NCBI GenBank assembly: GCA_030141605.1
Contig: JAQGDQ010000759.1
Location: 1 to 64,000 of the forward strand
Length of the DNA: 64,000 nucleotides
Source of the DNA: Tubiluchus corallicola
Lineage: Eukaryota; Animalia; Priapulida
Direction of reading: 5' to 3'
Part shown: piece by piece, positions 14,201 through 25,100 of the stretch
Layout: the number at the start of each line of letters is the position of its first letter
How positions within the stretch are numbered: position 1 is the first letter of the stretch
The notes under the pieces: generated by a model
What the model was told of the DNA's origin: nothing
Database searches by the model: none
Seen by the model: the letters and a program-made list of their open reading frames with translations, nothing else
Position numbers and translations under genes: made by a program

Positions 14201-17200
14201 GCTGTTTGCAGTAGGGAAATTACCTACATTTTTCTTCTCCGCTGTTCTTTGCGCTGAAGAAAAAGACAAATTTACATTGCGTAATGCGTGTATACATTTA
14301 TTGTATGTATAGCTGATAGTCAGGGCGGGCCAGTAATCGAGAGAGGCGGTTATGGTTAATAAAAGTGATGAATAAAACTAGTTGCTTTGAGTCATAATAT
14401 TATAGTGTTAGTGCATGTGAAAGAGCATTGTTGTTTATGCTAAAGGAAGTATTTAAACCCTGCTTCTCCAAAAATATCTGTAGTATTTGTTCATTTTTGC
14501 CTTTATTGTGTAAAATTGTATTGCCCATATAAAATGAGATTCCAACAAGATTGGTAAATACTACCTGTAGTTCATTACTACCAAGCTTTCAGTCTAATAT
14601 TTTAGTGTCTGGCATGTCATTGCATCCCCAATAAAAAGAATAATCCACCAATATGCATTAAACGTTGTGACCTGATTGTGGACAGGGCATATTTCAGCCT
14701 AAGCGAGGCCCGGGGAAGTGGGGCGTGTGAGGCCACATGGGGGGGGGAGCGCCGGGGAAGTGGGGCGCCACCATGGTTGGTGCCAAGAAAATTTTTGAAC
14801 TGCTAGAACGTAGGAGAAGCATTTTCGAAGAGAAAATATGGAGTTATACGGTTGTTAAAGGAAAGAACAATTGAAAGAAAAACTGTTTTATTCTCAAGAC
14901 CAGTCCTTAATACTTGTCAAACAGTGAAATCAAAAACAACAAAGAAAATGTTACCTCGATGCGAGGCCCCCCTGGAGGGTGAGAGTATCCCCACTTCTCC
15001 CCCCCCCCGAAATAGGCCCTGATTGTGGAATCAGTTTCACAAGATCTGCCACAGAAAGTAGAAAAGGCCTGATGTACTTTAAATTGGCTTCACTTTGTGG
15101 CAACTTTTTTTAGCTAACTAGATGGCACCACGTGCTAGCAGTGCGATGTTAATATAAGCACCTTATGTTGTTACTAGTAGCTCTATTCCGATTTCATAAA
15201 ATGTTTTTGTTGGTTTTGTTTTGGAAAATTAACTAGAATGGTGATGGGCGATTAATAGACTAATAGAATTAATCTAGATTACAACCATGTATGAATCGAT
15301 ATAATCGGTTATTGAATTCAGTTAATCAAGAGTAAAATATATGTGTTACATACTGACTAAAAGGCAATGTTTTAGCACAAATAAACGGAATTGTTGCTTT
15401 TTCTTCTTCATTTTTCTCACCTTACACAATGCGCACATTTGCAAACCACGTGTTACAAACTGGGGCTTCTTATTCATTTTCACCTGACGTGTGAAGCTGA
15501 CATAGTAATAGAGCAGTTAATGAATGTACTTGTTTATAAAAATAGTTTGCAAGTACGAAAATGGCTGACAGCGACAAAAGACCATGACGAAGTTTATAGG
15601 CTACATTTCAGTGCTGCAATGTTTGAAAAATATGTGGCTAAAACACTAAGAAATTATTGCAAAAGGTTAATCGTAATATCGAAGAACAAGATTGTTATCA
15701 AATTGGAAAGTTTCAAAATCGCCCATCACTAGAGTAGAACCTTTTTTAATTTCTGCTCACCTCCCTATGTCGGCACTCTCTATCTTTAAACGTGCGTTTT
15801 TCTGTGAGTTTTTTAACTAAGAAAATATGCAATAGCGGATACCTTTTATCATTTCTTGCAGTCGTTTGTCAGTACGATGTGGACCACGTACCGAGAGTTT
15901 CAGAAACGGATGTACGCTGCGTCACTGTCACGTGGAACAAGTCATCCGGATTTGATCAAGACAATAATACTGTCGTGTTCTTTAGGTATGATAATATCAT
16001 GAACAATAATTAATTGTAAATTATGCTACATCAGTAGTTACTAAAACAATAATTACTTAAGAACTTCATAAATTATGCTACGTCTAGAGGATCTCAAAGA
16101 TTTCAGCATATGAAGAGCACCCGTATTGCTGTTTGCCAGGAATCAATTTTTAACACATTTAACAATAAGAACTCCATGCAGTGCCAAGCAGATGTTTAAC
16201 ATTTAGAACGGTATATCATTTTGAATTACACTAATTCAAGAATTGTTCTTTTAATCACAAATGTATAACTGCAAATAATATACCGTTCTAAATGTTAAAC
16301 ATCTGCTTGACACTGCATGGAGTTCTTTCTTATTGTTAAATGTGTTAAAAATTGCCTCCTGGCAAACAGCAATACGGGTACTCTTCGTATGCTGAAATCT
16401 TCGAGATCCTCTAACATCAAACTGCTCAAACTGTTTTTTTGAGTTTCTATCGCCAATGGCCTATGGAATGTCAATTTATTAGTAACCTAAAGTTCAGAGT
16501 AAAAAAGTCTTAAGAAGTATTCTTGCAAATTATTTATTTTTACCTGCAAATTGTCACTACTTTGTGCAAAAGTTACACTGAAGCTGGCGTTTTTAAAGCA
16601 AAATTTGAAGCACTTATCAGATAAGTGTCTGAAAAAAAATTTTTTCGGAATCATTTTAATGTATTAATCCATTGTTCAAGTGAAGTTAATTGCGTTTTGT
16701 GTATGTTTTAAAGCACAAGGAAACCCTCCACTTGCATTGAGCTTAAAAATTCATCTTGAAATTTTATACCACTTACGTACTGCCTTTGTACTGCCTTTTT
16801 GTGTGCAGGACTTGTGTCAGCCGTAATGGTGTATAAAACGTGTAAATTTAAACTCCCACGATGACTGTTAGGTGCAGCCATTTTATTGGTAGGTCGTTTG
16901 AAACAAGTTTTGATAACATTAAGTAAAGTTTGAAAAATAATCAGAGCATTCATAGCACACATGTTACTAACTAAGTAAAATTTTAAATTACTGTATCTTG
17001 TCAACTTAAAGATGAAAAATACGTTTTTGGTTAGTGAGTGGCGCACCCTGGAGGTTGAGCCAGTGATTTGCATGGAATGTTTTCGGGGCATAATTTAACA
17101 CTGCCTTTTCTTCCCCTAATTTGTATTTGTGTAATGACACCATATAATGGCACCGTCGGAACAGCATTGTGGGAGATTTAAAATGAAAACAAACAAAAAT

Positions 17201-19076
17201 CTCTTTTAACGCGAGTATGATACACACAGCTAAAATTGCTATGAAGCAATATAATTTCTTAGGACGATTTTTCTGAAACCTACTTCAGGTACCCCTTTTC
17301 TTGTCCTTTAATAATTGCATAGTTTAATTTTGAGTCACATGCAATAATTTCACCAACAGTGTTGAAAATGTCTCTTTAACTTTTGCTGTATCACATAATA
17401 GTAATGATTAATAATGTCAGCCATTAGCTTTATGTTGAAAGTTTTTGAAATTAACATAATGTTGCATCCATATTGTTTTGCATTGTTCCTTTTTTTTGTT
17501 TAACTAATTTCGTATTTAATGACAATGTTGTTTGAGCTAACATAATGCTAATATGTGGCTTTCATTAGGGTGAAGTATTTGGATCTGGGAGGATCATTTC
17601 GCAATACTCGACCAAGGAGAGACGTGAACACCATTGAAGAAAAGACAGACAGAGTCATACTTGTAGACGAGGATGAAACTGAAGAAACTACAAATGATGC
17701 CGTGAACGAGAAAAAGAGCAACAAAAGTCGTAAGAAGAAACGGAAGCAGAAGAAGAAGGGAAAGGGTAAAGATGCTGACGGATGGAAGAATCATCGCGAT
17801 TGTATGGAGATCCGTGATGAGTTTTCCTGCAAGTTGTGCAGACTCGATACAGGTTCGCTCAAAATAACACCCCTTTGAGATGCTTTACAAAATTTTTAAA
17901 ATTACAGAAACGGGCGATTCATTACTTTTCATATATGGTGTGATCCAGCTGTCTCAATGGCTGCAAACTGTTAACTGTAATATTGTAGCTGTAGAGAAAG
18001 TACTGAAAAATGTACAACGGTTTGCCAAAATAGCTTTTTTCAATAATTCTTGCGTTGTTCAATCAATCAATCAATTTATTTCACTCTAACAATACATATA
18101 CAATACATCAACATACAATATTATTGAAACAAAAAGAAACAGTATAGGTAAAAAAAATTGAAGTCAAATTAACCAAATAAAAGAGTTGCTGAATGACACC
18201 TTGAAAGCTTGGCTTGTTAAGGTGGCACAAATGAGTGAATGAAAGAATAGTTAGGATTAGTAGACATGATGGAATGGAAGAAAAAATAGTAAGATTAGGG
18301 ATAGGAAGAAGGAAAAGAGGAGAAGAAACGACCACAGTGTATGTTTAATTTACATAGCGGTAAATAGCATTATAATTGATTGTAGGCCATATATTGCAAC
18401 TGCATGAGACTGTAAAGATAAACGTACTTGCTTTATAAGAGTGACCTGTGACCGCTGTATGTTTGGTCGTATCTAGCGTAAGTAGAGAGGCTATATATAC
18501 ATCCAAATGTGGTTGAGACACCTCTGCTGGTTTACTAGCTCGTCTTAGAGCAATGTCTCGGATAATGTGCCAGGCCCTAGTCGCATTGAGTAGGTCGTGG
18601 TTTTGACTGCTCAAATCCTGCTTGCAGTGTGCTTAAAATTTGTTAAAAAATTCTGAAGAATAAGTTACTTTAACATGACAGTAAATCATGGCATGTGTAC
18701 TATTTAATACTTTTATTAAACGAACAAAACATTTCGTGTTGTGCTCTTTGTAATTAACACCATTAGCTGAGATATGATTGCAGCAGAATGGAGGACTATA
18801 ACTACTTTTATAGAATATCTCTCATCTTCCCGGGCTGGTCGTGGACAGTAGCTGCAATCACATCGCAGCTAATGGTGTTAGTTCCAAAGATTTGCCTTAT
18901 TGCTTCAACACATGATCAGAGGTACAGTAAGAAATGGAAGTGGTGCTGACAAGCCACTGGCGTAGCAGTGTCTAGTTTTTTTTGCTGGATTACTGCTGCG
19001 TTTACCTGTCTGAAGGCAGATTTCTTTTATTTTAGAATTCTGCCTGCCCAATGTCTACAATAGACGTGACAGGCGT

Positions 19077-19153
<77 letters not shown>

Positions 19154-22100
19154 ACAGTAAGAAAGTTCAATCACAAATTGAGAGAACCAAAACTCATAAC
19201 TAATTTTAGGTACATTCTTCTAACTGTCAATCAGTCATTGCTGAGGAAGTGGTGCTGACAAGCCACTGGCGTAGCAGTGTCTAGTTTTTTTTTACTGGAT
19301 TAGCCCTGTGTTTACCTGCCTGAAGACAGATTTCTTTTATTTTAGAATTCTGCCTGCCCAATGTCTACAATAGACATAGCGGACGTATGATGATGATGAT
19401 GATCATGATGGTGATGGTGGTGGTGGTGGTGATGATGGTGATGGTGATAGTGATGATGATGATGATGATGAATTGACAAACTCATTAGGTTCTTCTAAAC
19501 AACATCGTAGAACATTTGTTTAGATTGTACTTTTTACAGCGAGTTAATTTTTTTAAATGTAGTTTAAATTTTAACGTTTCTATTTGTATTTTAAATGTAT
19601 TTTATTTTTCAGCGTGTTGAGATTTAAAATAATTAGTGCGCTGTACAAATAATTTTACATTTATATCACTGAATTGCTGAAATAACTGCTAATTTTTTGT
19701 CTGGACGTTGCTCTTTAGGTCACAAATACAAATTTAAAGTTTTCGCCAAATATGAAAACAACGAGATGGTGAAGAGCAGGTCTTCGGACAGTGTGACGGT
19801 TGGACAACCACCGGATCAGCCGTGGATTAGTGAAGTCGGATCACCCGGAAGTCGAACTCTTTTCATTAAATGGAGTTACGAGGTACACCGCATCTTTATT
19901 AAACGTTGTGCTGGCTTGTAACTTTGCTAACTAATAACTTTTATGATTTTATTTCGTAAGGAATTCGTAACTGGCAATTTTATTTCATTTTGCTGATTTT
20001 ATTTCATTCTTTTTTTTGTGTTCTAAATGTTTTAAATTGCAAACTGAAATTATGCAGTAGTAATGATGTTAACCTAGTCTGAACTACGGCCAAATCACGT
20101 TGAAAACACCGGTTCTCGTCTGATCACCGAAGTTAAAAAATGTAGAGCCTGGTTAGTGCGTGGATGGGTGACCGCCTAGGAATACCAGGTGCTGTAGGCT
20201 TGCGGGATGCCCACACCGTATCTCGACACTAGGCGGAGGGGCTGCACAAGCAGCCAACAGCTAGAGGGCGGAGGAGGTCAAGTGACCCAACGGCCATGTG
20301 TAGAGGAATAAACCTTCCAAATCAGGAGTGGAGCCCCAAAGGCGGACCAGTGCAGCATGCTCACTGACTCTGGCAGCTCCTGCAGCCAACCTGGTGCCAA
20401 ACGTATCGCTCCGCTTTCCTTTGGACTACACCAGGGAGGAAGAGAGGGGGTTCCTGTTGTTTGGGCTATTCAGGATCTCCATACACCTTGCCCAGGCGTG
20501 CGCCCTGGAGACAAGAATCGGACTTTCTTGGCACACATTCCATTGTCTTGCTAGACAGAAGGATGCCAACAACAACAATCTAATCTGGTCTAATACGATC
20601 AAATTCTTATTTGATCTAATTTCACCTTAGTTTAAATGATTTCTAGGGTTTTCAAGCTCTTGTTATGGCCATGTAAAGTAGGATTTTGTGTTTCGCCTTT
20701 TCACTGTTGGTTCTTGATGGTCAAAATGCAGTGATTTATTAAAGTTTCTAAGATCTCTAAGATTTGTACCAGTATATAAGATGCTTATTGTTTAGCTTAA
20801 TTAGCTAAATGATTTTAATTTAGCTTTTACGATAAAGTATCTGAGGTAAGTACTGCATGTTTTCAAAACACATTGTTTTACAGACAAAACAAAATTACAG
20901 CCAAAACAAAATCACTGAAGTAATGAGTAAAGGTCAACATTCGTAATAAACTTGTTTTATTAAGGGAAAATACGCGGGTTTTTGTAGGATTATCTGATTT
21001 GTCTGATATATGTTAGCACACAACAATACAGTGTTGGAAAGAATACAGAGAAATTATAACCTTTACCATAATGAGTGAACCCACGTCCATAAATTTCATG
21101 AATGTTGATCGAAGCAGTTATTTACATACCGTTTACCATTTGTGTCACTAAATTGTATCTAGTTTTAACAGAATAGTAGCTGTTAACATTGATCTTACGA
21201 AGTTATATGATAGATCAAGTGTTGTGTAAGTCTTTGAGTTTATTTAAGCCACTTATTAACACAAATAAATCCTTTACACTTGCAGTGAAATGAAAAATGT
21301 TCGCTTGTTTCAGAACGGTCAAATAAATCCTTTACACTTGCAGTGAAATGAAAGATGTTCGCTTGTTTCAGAACGGTCAAATAAATCCTTTACGCTTGCA
21401 ATGAAATGAAAAATGTTCGCTTGTTTCAGAACAGTCAAATAAATCCTTTACGCTTGCAGTGAAATGAAAGATGTTCGCTTGTTTCAGAACGGTCAAATAA
21501 ATCCTTTACGCTTGCAATGAAATGAAAAATGTTCGCTTGTTTCAGAACAGTCAAATAAATCCTTTACGCTTGCAGTGAAATGAAAGATGTTCGCTTGTTT
21601 CAGAACGGTCAGATAAATCCTTTACGCTTGCAATGAAATGAAAAATGTTCGCTTGTTTCAGAACAGTCAAATAAATCCTTTACGCTTGCAGTGAAATGAA
21701 AGATGTTCGCTTGTTTCAGAACGGTCAGATAAATCCTTTACGCTTGCAATGAAATGAAAAATGTTCGCTTGTTTCAGAACAGTCAAATAAATCCTTTACG
21801 CTTGCAGTGAAATGAAAAATGTTCGCTTGTTTCAGAACGGTCAAATAAATCCTTTACGCTTGCAATGAAATGAAAAATGTTTGCTTGTTTCAGAACGGTC
21901 AAATAAATCCTTTACTCTTGCAGTGAAATGAAAAATGTTCGCTTGTTTCAGAACGGTCAGATAAATCCTTTACGCTTGCAATGAAATGAAAGATGTTCGC
22001 TTGTTTCAGAACGGTCAAATAAATCCTTTACGCTTGCAATGAAATGAAAGATGTTCGCTTGTTTCAGAACGGTCAAATAAATCCTTTACGCTTGCAATGA

Positions 22101-25100
22101 AATGAAAAATGTTCGCTTGTTTCAGAACGGTCAAATAAATCCTTTACGCTTGCAATGAAATGAAAGATGTTCGCTTGTTTCAGAACGGTCAAATAAATCC
22201 TTTGCACTTGCAATGAAATGAAATATGTTCGCTTGTTTCAGAACGGTCAAATAAATCCTTTGCACTTGCAATGAAATGAAAGATGTTCGCTTGTTTCAGA
22301 ACAGGCAAATAAATCCTTTACACTTGCAGTGAAATGAAAAATGTTCGCTTGTTTCAGAACGGTCAAATAAATCCTTTGCACTAGCAATGAAATGACAAAT
22401 GTTCGCTTGTTTCAGAACGGTCAAATAAATCCTTTACACTTGGAATGAAATGAAAGATGTTCGCTTGTTTCAGAATAGTCAAATAAATCCTTTACGCTTG
22501 CAATGAAATGACAAATGTTCGCTTGTTTCAGAACGGTCAGATAAATCCTTTACGCTTGCAATGAAATGAAAAATGTTCGCTTGTTTCAGAACAGTCAAAT
22601 AAATCCTTTACACTTGCAATGAAATGAAAAATGTTCGCTTGTTTCAGAACGGTCAAATAAATCCTTTGCACTTGCAATGAAATGACAAATGTTCGCTTGT
22701 TTCAGAACGGTCAAATAAATCCTTTACACTTGGAATGAAATGAAAGATGTTCGCTTGTTTCAGAATAGTCAAATAAATCCTTTACGCTTGCAATGAAATG
22801 ACAAATGTTCGCTTGTTTCAGAACGGTCAGATAAATCCTTTACGCTTGCAATGAAATGAAAAATGTTCGCTTGTTTCAGAACAGTCAAATAAATCCTTTA
22901 CACTTGCAATGAAATGAAAAATGTTCGCTTGTTTCAGAACGGTCAAATAAATCCTTTACACTTGCAATGAAATGAAAGATGTTCGCTTGTTTCAGAACAG
23001 TCAAATAAATCCTTTACACTTGCAGTGAAATGAAAAATGTTCGCTTGTTTCAGAACGGTCAAATAAATCCTTTACACTTGCAGTGAAATGAAAAATGTTC
23101 GCTTGTTTCAGAACGGTCAGATAAATCCTTTACGCTTGCAATGAAATGAAAAATGTTCGCTTGTTTCAGAACAGTCAAATAAATCCGTTACACTTGCAAT
23201 GAAATGAAAAATGTTCGCTTGTTTCAGAACGGTCAAATAAATCCTTTACACTTGCAGTGAAATGAAAGATGTTCGCTTGTTTCAGAACGGTCAAATAAAT
23301 CCTTTACGCTTGGAATGAAATGAAAGATGTTCGCTTGTTTCAGAACGGTCAAATAAATCCTTTGCACTTGCAGCGAAATGAAAAATGTTCGCTTGTTTCA
23401 GAACGGTCAAATAAATCCTTTACACTTGCAATGAAATGAAAGATGTTCGCTTGTTTCAGAATGGTCAAATAAATCTTTTACACTTGCAGTGAAATGAAAG
23501 ATGTTCGCTTGTTTCAGAACAGTCAAATAAATCCTTTACGCTTGCAGTGAAATGAAAGATGTTCGCTTGTTTCAGAACGTTCTAATAAATCCTTTACGCT
23601 TGGAATGAAATGAAAGATGTTCGCTTGTTTCAGAACGGTCAAATAAATCCTTTACTCTTGCAGTGAAATGAAAGATGTTCGCTTGTTTCAGAACGGTCAA
23701 ATAAATCCTTTACGCTTGCAATGAAATGAAAGATGTTCTCTTGTTTCAGAACGGTCAAATAAATCCTTTACGCTTGTAATGAAATGAAAGATGTTCGCTT
23801 GTTTCAGAACGGTCTAATAAATCCTTTACACTTGCAGTGAAATGAAAGATGTTCGCTTGTTTCAGAATGGTCAAATATATCCTTTATGCTAGCAATGAAA
23901 TGAAAAATGTTCGCTTGTTTCAGAATGGTCAAATAAATCCTTTACTCTTGCAGTGAAATGAAAAATGTTTACTTGTTTCAGAATGGTCAAATAAATCCTT
24001 TACTCTTGCAGTGAAATGAAAAATGTTCGCTTGTTTCAGAATGGTCAAATAAATCCTTTACTCTTGCAGTGAAATGAAAAATGTTCGCTTGTTTCAGAAC
24101 GGTCAAATAAATCCTTTACTCTTGCAGTGAAATGAAAAATGTTTGCTTGTTTCAGAATGGTCAAATAAATCCTTTACACTTGCAGTGAAATGAAAGATGT
24201 TCGCTTGTTTCAGAATGGTCAAATAAATCCTTTACGCTTGCAATGAAATGAAAAATGTTCGCTTGTTTCAGAACGGTCAAATAAATCCTTTACTCTTGCA
24301 GTGAAATGAAAGATGTTTGCTTGTTTCAGAACGGTCAAATAAATCCTTTACTCTTGCAGTGAAATGAAAAATGTTTGCTTGTTTCAGAACGGTCAAATAA
24401 ATCCTTTACTCTTGCAGTGAAATGAAAAATGTTTGCTTGTTTCAGAACGGTCAAATAAATCCTTTACTCTTGCAGTGAAATGAAAGATGTTCGCTTGTTT
24501 CAGAACGGTCAAATAAATCCTTTACTCTTGCAGTGAAATGAAAAATGTTCGCTTGTTTCAGAACGGTCAAATAAATCCTTTGCACTTGCAATAAAATAAA
24601 AGATGCTCTCTTGTTTCAGAACGGTCAAATAAATCCTTTACACTTGCAATAAAATAAAAGATGTTCGCTTGTTTCAGAACGGTCAAATAAATCCTTTACG
24701 CTTGCAATGAAATGAAAGATATTCGCTTGTTTCAGAACGGTCAAATAAATCCTCTACACTTGCAATGAAATAAAAGATGTTCGCTTGTTTCAGAACGGTC
24801 AAATAAATCCTTTACACTTGCAATAAAATAAAAGATGTTCGCTTGTTTCAGAACGGTCAAATAAATCCTTTACACTTGCAATAAAATAAAAGATGTTCGC
24901 TTGTTTCAGAACGGTCAAATAAATCCTCTACACTTGCAATGAAATAAAAGATGTTCGCTTGTTTCAGAACGGTCACTCGCTGGCACCTTCTCACTTTATC
25001 CTGTACTATCGACCGTATGGACATCGCAGTGCTCTGTATAGTGAGAAAGTCGTGAATGGAACAGAACGCAACGTTTTACTTGACGGGTTGTCACCAATGA

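Noticed and set aside
20082-20201. Functional 5S rRNA gene
   Set aside because: Several substitutions, no T-run terminator, and it is fused to a repeated body with a retroposon tail, so it is a SINE head.
21263-24974. CRISPR-like array
   Set aside because: Head-to-tail units with no unique spacers, no cas genes, and a eukaryotic intron context. The same applies to the 72-, 83- and 70/71-bp arrays.
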